Source: Geosiphon pyriformis uo1 (taxonomy: Eukaryota; Fungi; Glomeromycota). Taken from it: DNA of 64,000 nucleotides. The stretch is taken from assembly GCA_016748015.1 (NCBI GenBank), contig JAAOMT010000590.1:302544-366543 (forward strand), given 5' to 3'. The notes below the pieces were generated by a model. It saw only the letters and a program-made list of their open reading frames with translations. It was not told the DNA's origin and searched no databases. Made by a program: the position numbers and the translations under genes. This document shows positions 37,415 to 50,479 of this stretch, in pieces. Within the stretch, counting starts at the first letter, position 1; each line of letters begins with the position of its first letter.

Positions 37415-38265
37415 TATTACTTATAAAATATAGGAATTATACATTAGTACATAAAGTAGCCAATTAGAATAAGACATAGTAAAAGTGGAATTCTAAAATT
37501 CTTCTTAAAAAAATTGCAGGATTCCAAAATTACAGAATTCTAATATGAAAAATTGCAAAATTCCAGAATTCTAGGATTTCTGGCTAGAAAATTAAAAAAT
37601 TTAAGGAATTTTATATAACAAAATTTATGTATATATAACAGTAGTATTAGAAGCAGAAAAAAGAATTCTTAGTTTAAAATCTTTAGTTTTAATTCTATAC
37701 CCATCTTTTTATATGATAGTGTTCTATAACTTGAAATGAGAACATTAAATATCAATAAAATACTTATTACTATTACAATCTATCTTTTTATTATCAACAA
37801 TTTATGTTGATAATTATCAATACTTAATTATACTAGACCAATAGCTTTTAATTATGATTATTAATAAGATATTAATTTTTAAATTGTCTTGGCTTATTTT
37901 TTTTTATGTTTTGCTTTTATTTTATTTTTTATTTTGTTTTGTTGTATACTAATTGATTAAGGATTAAGTGCTAAGTTACTAATGTCAAGAATTGCTTGGT
38001 AAAAGATTCCTGTAAGCAAATAGACACTTAAAATTAAGAATTACTTACCAAAAGATTGTTAGCCACCAAGCTGAAAAAAAAATTGATAAAATTGCAATTT
38101 TGAAGACTACTAAAACAACTATTAAATCTCTGTTTATTATATAAAGAACTCTAACAAAACCTTCAAACAACCAAAATCTTTAGATATTACCAACTATATC
38201 AGCTATTGAGCACTAAGTTATAAGTTTGTTATTTGTTTTCAAACTCCAAATAATTATCTGTAATA
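37415..38265 (+). repeat. 3' LTR of D (851 bp)
   Basis: Pairs with 17776-18625; termini decayed to TATTAC...GTAATA; PPT remnant at 37401-37414. Confidence 0.87.
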
Positions 38266-39394
38266 TTGGTTAAAGCAGTTACTTATTTTTTTCTGTTCTT
38301 TTTTTATTGAAATTTTGGAATAATACTTAGTAATAAATAGTTTTACTATGTCTAATAATATATGTTATTTTGTTTAAAATATTTATATGACAATTGCTAA
38401 TATGTATTAAGAAGTAGACTTTAATGCCAAGATTATTATTAGCTTTTTTATTTGTAAAATTAATTAAATACAGATAGTATTGGTTTGACATTCTGATTTT
38501 TATATGTTTGTTAATTTTATTAGCAAAACTATGACCAATTTTAAAACTTATATAATAAAAGCTATTTATAAAAGACTCTTAGTTGTTGTTTATAAAAGAC
38601 TGTATAATAAGTTATACTTGAATGTTTTGTGTTTATTCTGTGAAAAAGTGGAATTCTCAGATTATTTGTTTATATATTCAAAAAATATGAACCAACAGAA
38701 AGAATTTATTATAAGTTATGTTAAGTTTTAGTTATTATTGATTGGTAAAAAAATGTTCATATTATTTTTTGTATTATAGTCTTTTTTCTTTTTAATATTG
38801 AATTGTATATGGTGTTTTGCAAAAAATTTATTCTAAGAAATTAACTTAAGAATTTTTTGGCAATATATAATAATAATAAAAAGACAATTTTTATATTAGT
38901 AAGTTTTTTCTGTCAATTGGTTGATTACTATTGTTAAGAGATATAGTCTATTAGAATTAAGCTTAAATTAGAAGTAAAAAAAGCTAAATTAGTAAATAAT
39001 AATAATATAATGTTTAAGATAACTAATATATTGTGTTTAGATAAAATAATTTGTATGCTTAATATTATTAAATTAATAACAATAAGTCTTAATAGATATT
39101 TACTTTGTGTATTTTTTTTTAATATTGATAGTAGTTTAATTGTATATATAGATATGTAGTGTTACTTAAATTGGCTCAAATAATTAGTTACATATAGTAA
39201 ATATATAAGTTGTATTTAGTTAAAGTTACTTAATCTAATTTTGTATATAAGATAACAACTAAACTATACTTGTAAAATAATAATTAAAACAGCAAAAAAA
39301 TTTTGTCAAAGATTTTATTAGATTGTATTTTGTTGTTTATAACAAATTTAATGTTTTTTATGAAAATAATTTTTTGGTATTAAAAAACATTTCA

Positions 39395-42300
39395 ATTTTT
39401 TTTATTTTTTTATTTTTTTTATTTTATGAGTGAAATCCAAACATTATCTAGAACTATACATTAAAAAAATAATCTAAACTAAGTGTAAATTATGTATTTT
39501 CTATACATGACCAGCCACTTAGACTGATTAGGACAATACTATTTAACTATATAAACTGAAACAGAATTACCAATACCTGAAAAAAATGAACAAAGTCTAT
39601 AAAAGCCAAAATAAACACCAAATACTTCAGTGATACCAAGCAACCTGACCATACCAGCTGATAATCCTAAAGTCAAACCAGAAACTGAAACAAAAGCTGA
39701 CCCATTTATCAGGATCAGGCCATTTTTTTCCATGTAAGTACAATGTTTAGCATAAACCAACCAGACATTATTCCTAAAAGCAAGACAGAAAGAATGCACA
39801 AATTCAACAATCTTTAAATTAACAATCTTGGGATCATGAAAAATAGAGATAGCTTTACAAAGCTAACCATCAAAAACAAAATCCTTAAATGGAGTCATAG
39901 AAACAGAGACATTAGAAACACAAAATGATAACAGCTGTAATATACATAACAAAGAATAAAAAAAGCCAGAAAGAGTTTTCCAAAAAACCACAAAGGTATC
40001 CAATATTTGAAGATAAGTAGAACAATCAATGTTACAAGAGAAAACATAATCTAATATCTCCACAACACTACAATACAAACACAATACATTAAGGTAATAG
40101 CAGTTATAAAGACATTTTTGAATAGCAATAGGCAGCCAATAATACAAAGCTTTTATAAAATAAATACATGCAGAAGCTGTAAACTTGCTAATAAAACTAG
40201 TAGCCATATGCAAATCAGGGTGTCACACCAATGAAAAGCTAAGCCAATCAATATCAAAATGCAGATTAACATTTAAAAACATAGAACCAGAACCAACTTC
40301 CTAATGGGCATAACAAACAGAACAAAAAACATCACAAACAAAATGTCTAAAGTTGCTGGAAACCATATAACCATCAGCTACTAAAAAGCATTCAATCAAA
40401 TAGGGAGAAAAGTACCAATTAAAGAAAGAAGTGGCATTAGCAAGTGCATCAGCATGCTTATTTTTCAAAACACCAGAGTGGTTTTTCACTTTGAGCCAGA
40501 AAATCCTTAAATTCTTACTGCAAACAACATTAACAATATGTCAATATTCAACCTAATACTGATTGTAAAAGTCCAGAGACACCAAACCCAGTTCCAATTT
40601 ACAAGCATCCAAAGCAGATTGACTATCAGAAAACAAGTAAACAGAACTAAAAAGAGGAACACACTCCAGAGCCAATGCAATAGCTTGTATCTCCACCAAG
40701 GTGAATAACATCAAACCCAAAACACCTACACCTAAACCCAAATCAATGTTTTCAAAAAAAACCACAGTACCAGTTTTCATGTTAACCATATTTAGGTTCT
40801 TCAGAAATCCATCCATATATACCAAAAAACTGCCAGAAACAACCCAAGAAAGCCGATCACAAACAGAACCAAAGTTGCAAGACTTAAAAATACTTAGAAA
40901 ACCAATATCATTCAAAACAATAAGATGTGTAGAAGAAAATATCACATCATCGAGAAATGCAGTAGAAAGCTTAAATTACTTAAGAGTAAGACTATGAAGA
41001 TCCAATCTCTTCTACCACTTGAAAGTGTACCAATTATAAACAGCACCACAATAATTATAAAGTTGATTCATAAAGACAATGCCATATCTTCAGAGAAATA
41101 AGAGACACTTGAAAAATTTTGATTTACCAAGAACAACAAACATGAACACCCCATCACAAAAATAAAAAGAACTGTTAAAAGAGCCACCCAAAGACAAATT
41201 GCACTCTAAAAGAATGTGAACTATGCCCACCAGAAAGTTATTAAAAGAACTAACTTGAATACAAACAGAAAAACTTAAAAAATAAACAGGATGCCAACAT
41301 AAACCTTGCAAGTCATGAGATTTGTGAGCAAACAAATAACCCAAAATCTCATCAGAATTCACAAAGCTAATAAGGGAAGCCACTTTACTCTCAGACTGAA
41401 GTTGGACAAAAAATTTTAAACCATAAAATAAAGAGTGATAGATTATATCACAAGAAAAATTGATAGGAAGACTCAACTTGGACTTCAAGTCTTTATAAAT
41501 TAAAGCATTTTACTTGTTACATACACCAACCAGAATAAAACTAAACTGCATTCTATAGCTAACAATAGAATAAAAAACAGCCAACACCAAATATAAGAAC
41601 TGCTTATCTAAAACAGTCTTCTTTAAAACCAGATTGACAAAAAAGTGAATGTCTAAATATGCCTTAGCCAAACTAAGCTTTAAGAGACCATCTATTGAAA
41701 AAAAGATACCCAAATATTGATGAAATTCACCCTTTTTGGTGATAGAAATGGGCAATTCACTGATAGACAAAGAAGATATATCAACTCTACAATTAATAAA
41801 AATAGCCACTGTTTTGTTGTTGTTAATAGAGATGTTATTAATTTAAAAAAATTTACTAGCAACATTGAGAATATGTTAAGTAGCAATCTGACTACTACCA
41901 ATCCAAATTGTATTATCAATGAAGGCACTAGCAGTGAAAAAAAAAAAAAGTTTAGCCTGACACTTAATGCGACCACTTCCAGAAATAAAATAAGAACTTA
42001 ATCTGTATCCATATACACTTTTCTGTCTCTTGATCTTATGCAAAAGAGGATTATAAAATATATGCCACAAGAGAAGAGAAAAGACCTCACCCTGGTCTAA
42101 ACTATCATGAACATAATAACTACTGGTTAAACCAAAATCAGTCATAATTCTGTTGATATAACTCTTATGAATACTACCAAAAAATTGAATAAATTTGCTA
42201 CACATTTTGATTTTAACCAAACTCTTCTCAAGATGTTCCCAATCAACCAAATCATATACCTTCCACATATTCTGTAAAATCAGTCAAAGCTCCCAGTTCT

Positions 42301-45300
42301 TCTCCAAAACATCCTTAATTACTAAACCAATTACAAAAATGAGAAACTGGATTGTTGTACTTTTTAAAACCAAAAGATTATTATCATGAAGAATGTCAAA
42401 AGTGCTGCAAGCCAATAAAATCCTATTAGAGAAAATCTTGAATATGATCTTGTGAGCAGTTTCAATTAAAGCAATAGGCTAGGTGTTTGTCAAAACCCCT
42501 TCTTACTCATACAGTTTGGGAATTATTGAGACCCAAGTCTCCTTCCAAAGACTGAGCACTAATTTACCAGAAAGACAAGAATTCAAGAACACCAAAAGCA
42601 TATCCAGAATTAATCTGTTACAATGTTTTCAAAGCTTATTTAAGATACCCAAGAAACTAGCAGCTTTGCCATTAGGCAGATTAAAAATCACACCAAAAAG
42701 TTCATCAAACTTAACTGAACATATTACACCAGAAAAAGCTTCATCAAAAATGTATTCTAAAAATTAATATTAATGAGACCATATATTAAGAATATTAGCA
42801 ATCACATTATGTTTCCTAGTTCAATCTTCTATAATTACATCTACCTTAGATTTAACTGTATCTGACTCCATAATTAGTTCATCATCAACAATCAGATGAT
42901 CCAGCACCACCTTATGGAAGGGATGCTTTAGAACATTTCTAATAATATAATTCTTATTTGTTACAAAGCTCTCTATTCTTTTATCTATAGCAGACCTGAT
43001 GTTTACTTTATTAGCTCTTAGAGATTCAGCAAGCTTGGATACACAATAAAACTTTCTAATACCATAAAGAGCAGAATATATATGATTAAAGCTCACATTA
43101 GTGTCTATGAGATCTTGAATAATTGAAGATTTAACATTATCCAAAGAGTCTCATCACTTTATAAGAAAGATAAAACTGACAACACTTTTCTCACAAAAAG
43201 CCTTGACAATTTTTGAAACCAAAAGCTTTAACTTATGAAACCTTGAAGAATTCTTAATAAAGACACTATCAAAACCTTTGAACCATTTCTTTTTAAATAT
43301 TTCATTAGCCAAAAGAGTCATTATTTTACGAACAATATTCTACATTCTATCCAGATCTGAGAATTTCATAGCAGCAGCAAACTCAACAAAAAACATTGTA
43401 GTATTGGTCAATATGGCTTCTTTAAAATTGTTCTATTTATTCTAATCAGTACTCTTGAAATCAAACTTTCAACAATCCTTGTTTGCTTGTTTGCAAATAG
43501 AGTTTAATTGCATATCCAATAGTCCATTCAAACTCATGGACACAGAAACAGCTCAGTAATTTGTGTTAAAATGCTCATTGACTTCTGAAACATCACAATG
43601 TATTATTGCATTGACCAGATTTGAAGAAACAAACATGCAATTAATCATCTTCAAAATGTTTCTTAAGTTTTTTCAAGTAGGCTTTTTTACAGCTAAGCTA
43701 CTTACCAAAGAATTGACCAGCCCTAGATCAAGGCATTTTTGAAAACTTGCACATCTACAAGAACTATTCTCATTGAAATTACTATTAAGAATAATAAAAA
43801 AAGATTTATTAATAGCTTTTGCAATAAAAGAGTTGATATTACCAGTCTGAGAAAACCAAACTACTGAGAAAACACCAGCATAGAACCCCAAAATTGAGAC
43901 AGAATGTTTATTCTTAAAGAGTAATCTGACAAAAAAAAGCTGACTAGGCACTTCAGAAACTTTACACACATAACAAACCAGAGAAATGTTTATAATAATA
44001 GCAACACCAGAATCCAAGTAACCAGAGTTCACACCAGAAGTAAAGATACAAATACCATCAAACTTTTTAGCAAATTATGAACAGACTTTATCCTTCAACT
44101 TAGTTTTAGTAATAATCAAAATCAAATTGCCCATATTTTTGTACCAATGAACAATATCTTTCTGCTTTGCAGAATTGTTCATACCTTGAACATTACACAT
44201 AGCAATTTTCCAAACTAAACTGTTTATTAAGATGAAGAAAGAACCAACAAACCCAAACCAGAACACAAATAATTCAATCTTTCCAGAACTAAATTAACTG
44301 ACATCTTCATAACCACTATTTTTGATTCTAAGCCTCCCATCTTAGTGGTCAGAACCTTAGAACTGCTAAAATTAAAATCAGTGACCACATTAAAACTGAC
44401 AGAAAAAGAGAGGGCAAATAATACCAACACATTATCTACAATCATATTCAAATCCAAATTAGAAACTAAAAGAACAAGGACAACCAAAAGGGGAACATGA
44501 GGAGTTGTAGTCAAAAACACCAATTCCACAAAGTTCAATTTTTTTACAAGAATAAAAAACTGATCAGTTAAAAGCTCCAAAAAGTGTTTCAAGACCATCA
44601 AATGATCAACCAAGCCAGAATTAATAAGAGAAGCAAAGTCCAAAGAGAGAGATATCACATTCAGAGGAAAACCAACACCAGACAAAACTGACGGGACCAC
44701 ACATAATGGAGAGTCACCAGCAATTTGAACCCAAGTTTTTACCTTTAAATGAAACAGAGCATGCAATAGGAGTCTGTTTCTTCTTATATATGTTGGCCAA
44801 ATGAATCCAATCTTAAAGAGTCACTACATATTTACCACAACCACCAGAATTTCTACCTACTAAACAATCATCAGAAACATGACCAAATTGTTTATATAGA
44901 GCACAATAGGCCAAAGAAATTCCAACCCAATATAAATTTACACCTTTGAAAACAGGAACAAAACCAATAACAGCTAATTTAGATGCCTCATTAGCAAAAC
45001 ACACTATCACACATCTATTACACACATATGAACTGGGATTATAACCAATGAAACAAGTTTTTCCACCATATGATTCCAATAAATCAAAAAGATTATAAGT
45101 CATAGTTTCAATTGGAAGAGTATAAAGCAAAGTCTGATGTAAATCTCTTGACATTCATGATAGTTTATTTTTAATTGTCTTTATAACATAAATAGAATTT
45201 TTTTTTATGAAAACAGACCACTTAGCTATGACCAAATTAACTATTTCAGATGACTTAAACTTCATTAAAGTCTTTTGCCATAAACCAATTAATTGCATTC

Positions 45301-46370
45301 TGATTGAAATAACCTTACCAAATTTAGAAAAGACTAATTTTACAGCTGATTTGAGAAGATCAACTGGGATTTTCTTGACAATCACTTTTTAATCTGATTG
45401 GCTGTTTACTTTTCTAAGATTATTATTGACCAAAATCTTCTTACTGATTGCCATTTCTTTAGCCTTTCTCAAATTTACTTCAGATGTAAATAATAATTTA
45501 ATGATTCCTAAAAATTTTAAAGAAGTAAAAGCCTCCCCAAAACCATCAATTTGATAGAAAACTTTTTTGACTGCAATTAATTTATTACTAGTAGTCTTCC
45601 CAAATATTGCCAACAGATTTATATCCAGTACAAAAAATTTAGCAGAATTAAAATTTCTAATTTTTTTATTCTGCAATTTAGCTAATAGAAAAGATTGAGA
45701 CCAAAAAACTTAGATGCAAACAACACCATTTTAGCATTATTGTCACTTAAATTCTTGAAAAAAAGCATTTTTGGCAGTTTACTTAAAACAAACATTCTAG
45801 TATGTATCCTTCTCAAAGTTGTGTCATTCACTATTTTATTAGTTTCAGAAATGTTTGAATTTATGTAACTTGTTTCTTCAGCTATTATGTTGTTTATGTT
45901 CTCGACATCAGATATTTCACTAATATTAACTTTCTTGCTTTCCACTTTACTATCCCAAGACACTTTGCATTCATTACAAGCAGCTTGTAAAATGTTAATA
46001 GGTACAGATTCAGCTAATAAGTTTATCACACTACTGGCAATATTGGGTTTTTTTGATTTTTTGTATAAGAGACTATAAGAGTAGACATTTTCTATATATG
46101 CTTTCTTTTTAGTGCTGGACTGGGTCCCCAACTTAGCCAAAACAGAACCAAAACCACTAGCAAAAGAGTCTACTGAATTTATAGCAACAAAAAAAGTCAC
46201 ATTAAAAGAAATGACTACGAAAACTAAGAAAAAAGAAGGAAAAAAAATGTATTTCTATTAACAACTCTTAGTTTTTGTTGTGGCTAGAGGATCAACAAAA
46301 GAAAAAATTTAAAATTAGATAATTATTATTATTTTTTTTATAGTAAAAAATGCTCTAAAAAAAATTATAA
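39395..46370 (-). mobile_element. LINE copy L4, full-length decayed (ORF1 ~46200-44227; ORF2 ~44228-39539)
   Basis: ORF1 RRM-like segments and knuckle CALYKQFGHVSDDC. APE WKIAMCNVQG...SNFN. RT SAFIDNTIW. RNase H YMDGFL...FSDSQSALD. CLYCSVVEILDY. 3'UTR at 39425-39538; poly-A reads as T-rich 39395-39425. The 5' boundary is approximate. Confidence 0.9.
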
Positions 46371-46478
46371 ATAATAATTAATATTATAAAACATATAAAA
46401 ACCTTATAATTTAATTAATTGGTTTTATTTAAAGTATATTTTATTAAAAAATTAAGATATATAACAAAAATTAATTAA

Positions 46479-48760
46479 TATACTCTTTGTCTTCTTAATT
46501 TTATGACCACGATCAAAGCAAAGAGTAAAAAAGCTGCACCTGATATCTGTTCTAAAATATCTAATAAAATTTCAACCAGAAGAGCTCTCTCTGTTGTAGA
46601 AGCAACTAGGCAAAACGTTTTAGAAGTCTTTCTCTTATCTAGTAATCATGATAAGCTGCCTTTGGTAGTCATTGAAGCAACCTCCTCATCTTTGGCTGGT
46701 TTTTCACCAGTCAAAGTTCCTTCAAAGAGACACATTTGGATTAGTCTCAGTGTTGCCTCCACCCCGACTAAAAACCCAAAAGTTTTTAATAATAGACCAG
46801 TAAATAAGCTGGTTTTCTTTTTTATAGATTCAACACCTAGTGCTTCTAATATTACCTCTTCAAAAAAAATGGGCAAAAAGACCAAAAATCTAGAAAAGTG
46901 GGGACAGTCACTTGCCTTTGCTATTGTTACACCAAACTCCTTTGTAGTTCCCAATGAGATCTTAGATAAGATCTCTATAGTATTATCTGGCACGTTATCC
47001 AAGATGGGCCAAGATCAACCACTGGCTGTATTGCCAAATATGGTGTCTTCTAACAGATCATTACCAGTTTTAGAAGCAAAGCAATCTTCTTTTGTTGGGT
47101 TACCTGTTTTTGGGAACTGAACTGATCAAATGGAAACTGAATTATCTTCTTCTCTAGTTTCTGGTGCTACTTCTGGTGGTGTTTGGGAAACTATTATTAG
47201 TTGTCAAAAGTTTGCTGGGTGGGTGGCCTCCACTCTAGTGCCTGGTGCTACTTTTAAGACCAAATTGGCTTATGTTAAGACTGTTTTTCAGTTAGTACAT
47301 GGTTTTTTGGATGCAAAGTTGGTATCAAAAGACAATGTAAAGCTGTTTTGTGTGGAGTTTGCTTTTCAAGTGTCTTTGGAAGCTGCATTCTTGGTTGAGC
47401 TTACAAGCTCTGTACATTTGGCCACCCTCAAAATTGCCAAGTCTTTGGTAATTTCTGAGTCTGGTTCCCTTTCTGCTGCTATTGTGCTGCGTGATGTGCC
47501 CTTGGGTGTGTCTGCTGCTAATATTAAGACAGCTTTCAATGTGTTTGATAGTGTTACTTGTGTTGTGCTGAAGCCTGCTGGCATTTGGCAGTACGTAGTG
47601 GTTTATTTTGAAAAGTTGAACTCTGTTGTGTTTGCTTTGAATCATTGGTCAGTTTTGGTGGACAAGGATAGTATTAGAATCCTTCTTTTGGTGAATCAAA
47701 ATGAGACTATTTTGTCTTGTAATAAGTTTAAGGCCAAGTTGGTCAATTTTTCTTCTGGCTGTACTGCCTTTGAGATTAGTGATATGATTTCCCAGATTGG
47801 TGGCCAGACATGTTTTATTTCTTGTTCACCTGATTCTGGTTGTTATTCTCAGTTTGCTCTGGTTATGTTTGGTTCCCAAGTTGATTTGGATTTTGCAGTT
47901 GTCAAAACTGATACCCTAAGAAAATGCCATATTTGGTGGGAAACTCCTGGTTGTTGGCGATGTTTCAAGTATCAAGAAGTGGGCCATTTGGCTGTTGACT
48001 GCAAGGTTTCTCTGCCTCCCCCTCCTAAGGCTTCCAAGGTGTTTAATATACATTTTGTGAGTGGTATTTCTTATGCAAAAGCTTCTGCTTCCCTGAATTC
48101 TTTTGAGTTTCCTCCCCTGGCAGCTTCTACTTCCCCTTTTATGGTTATTGGTAATTCTTTGGTGTCTTTCTGGTTGGCTTCTTTGAAATCTGATTTGGTT
48201 AAGTTTTTTGTTTTGGTTGAGCCTATTGTTAAACCAGTTGGTTTCTTGGTCAAATTGTTTGAACAGTTTATTAATGGGGACTTGGTTTCAAGCAGTAAAC
48301 TTGGCCTTAAGGTCAATGAGGTTATGGTGCATATGAGTTTTTTTAGTAAGATTGTTGGTAAGTTGGGAAGAAAAGTGGTTTCTCTAAAAAAGGAATGCTG
48401 CATAGAGGATATTGATATATTTGGGGATTCAAAGCACCCAATTGGTTTGGATGATGAGGTGTTTTCTAATTTGATGTTCTTTTGAGAACATGAGCCTATT
48501 GATGTTAAAGATAATGCCTTGAAAACAGCTGAATGGCTGGTTGAATTGGTTTCTTGTAGTGCAACTTTGTTTCTTGTTGTCCAAAAGATGTCATCTTTGG
48601 ATAAGTTTTCTTCTGGTGTTTCAATATAGTATAGTCTGAACTGGCTTGAATAGCTAATTACATATAAAAAATGCATGAATCACATTTAATTTAAGACTCT
48701 ATGTCGTCTTATTGTATTAGATAGTGGTTGGGTCTTGTTCATTAAACTTTAATAAAAAAT
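46479..48760 (+). mobile_element. Non-autonomous ORF1-only non-LTR element (HAL1-like), copy 1
   Basis: A single 709-codon frame homologous to LINE ORF1 is followed directly by the LINE-type 3'UTR and A tail; no ORF2; no gap. Confidence 0.82.
46503..48629 (+). pseudogene. ORF1-like protein (S/T/K-rich N-terminus, RRM-like domains, CCHC knuckle); two TGG>TGA stops (47118, 48483)
   Basis: IVLRDVPLG...GIWQY...WSVLVDKDSIRI...IGGQTCFI...CFKYQEVGHLAVDC aligns by eye with L3/L4 ORF1. Copy 2 has TGG at the position of the first stop. Confidence 0.82.
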
Positions 48761-50479
48761 ATATATATATAACAAATTTATTTAATTTTTTAATAATATT
48801 TATAATAATAAAATCAATTATATAATAGCAGATTTTAATTTTATAAATACAAATTAAAAGTAAAATTGTATTTCTTAAATATTTTAAATATAATTGATTA
48901 TTTGTTTAATTATCAGTTTTTAAATTTGTAAATAATAAATAAAATATTAAAAAATCTATTATAGTTTCTTATTAGATTAAAAGTTAATAAATAATTTTTT
49001 AATAAGAATAATAAAAAATTTTTGAATTATAATATTATATAATTGTATTTTTAATTAAAAAACTTTTTATTATTGAAAAAAATTAAAGTTACAAAGTTTT
49101 ATGCTTTATTAATTTAAAATTTAATTGTTTTTAAATAAATAACCTATATATAATTGAATTTAATATTATTTATAGCTTTAATTGTTAAAGTTTCTATAAT
49201 TTAAGTTGTTTTTTATGATTAAAAAATGTTTAATTAAAATTAATTTAGATATTATAAATATTTTTACAAATAATTTTTTTAAAAATTTGAATTTACTTAA
49301 GATTATAAATAATATTTAATCTTTTTTAATGATTTAAAAATAAGTGTTTAAATTTTTGGTTTAATATTATTAATACTAACTAAATTATAAATAATTACTT
49401 AAGTATATATTAATATTTAATATAATTGTAATTTATTTTAATAATTAAATTGTTTTTAATATACATGCTTTTAAGCTTATTTTAAGAATACCAAATTATT
49501 ATAATTATTATTAAATAAAAAAAACAGATTATTAATTATATTTATATTAAAAAAATTTTTGTAATTTAATCTAAAATAAAAAATTATTTTAATAATAAAC
49601 AATAATATTGTTAATATTTTAGTTAATATAATAACTTATTTTTATTTTATTTTATTTTAATTTAATTTAAAATAAGTTTTTATTGGTAAATAATTTTGTT
49701 ATTTTTAAAAATACTTAATATTTTAATAAATTTAATATTAAAATAACTTTTAATTTTATAGTTAAAAACATTAATTAAATTTATATTTTTTTGGTATAAT
49801 ATTTTAATTTTCATATGTTTTTCGAATTTATTAACAAGCTTTTAGCCAATTTATATACTTATTTAATAAAAACAAATTATTAATAATTATTTATAATAGT
49901 CAAAAAATGTCTTTATAATAAATGCTATTTAAAAGTTTTAAGATTATATTGTAAAAAAGTAAAGTTTTTGAATCATGTTTTTACATGTAAATTGGATATT
50001 AAAAATTATATAAAATTGTTAATAAAACTAAATAATCATTAAAAATTATTATTAAATGCTTTATTTTTTATTTTGTGTATTTAATAATAATTTATATATA
50101 GTTTTTTGCAAAAAATTTGGTTTGTAAAAATTGTTTTAATTTTTAAAATTATTAAAATTGCTTTTTTAAAATTAGAAATTTTTATATAATAATTAATAAT
50201 ACAGTTAACTTTTTTTATAGTCTTTTTAGTAATAGTTATTATTTTTTTGCAATTATATTTTTTAAAAACCAAAATTATTTATATATAATATTATTTTTAT
50301 ATAGTTACTTTACTATATATTTCTTTTTATAATTTCTATTTCTGCAAATATAATAGTAAAATATAGGTAAATTTTATTTTTTATAGTTATACTATAATTA
50401 TATAACATTAAATATATTGTGTTTTAAATATTATTTTGTCTTAAATATTATTATATAAAATATCTAAAAAAAAAACTTC

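Larger units (their letters stand above)
17776..38265 (+). mobile_element. LTR retrotransposon D (A/D LTR family), full length but degenerate; interrupted in RNase H by element C
   Basis: LTRs at 17776-18625 and 37415-38265; TSD CTGG/TTGG; PBS-like TTTGGTACTCTC at 18626. Gag, protease (LILNSG, ~21040), dUTPase (~22450-22870), RT (~23400-24200), RNase H (24320-24492 and 35098-35303), integrase (35336-36713), ORF3 ending 37402. Confidence 0.9.
16442..39290 (+). mobile_element. LINE copy L2, very degraded 3' ORF2 (16442-17775 and 38266-39290); host of element D
   Basis: INQKIQDALLYIN...SIAKK...YYYLEIF (post-RT). RNase H remnants at 17400-17775 continue after 38269. CLFCEKVEFSDY at ~38630. Stop at 39157-39159, then the shared 3'UTR. 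Confidence 0.82.

Noticed and set aside
40701-48676. Antisense ORFs such as 40701-40997 (+), 46646-47002 (-) and 48071-48676 (-)
   Set aside because: They are shadows of the coding strand with no motifs and no independent conservation.
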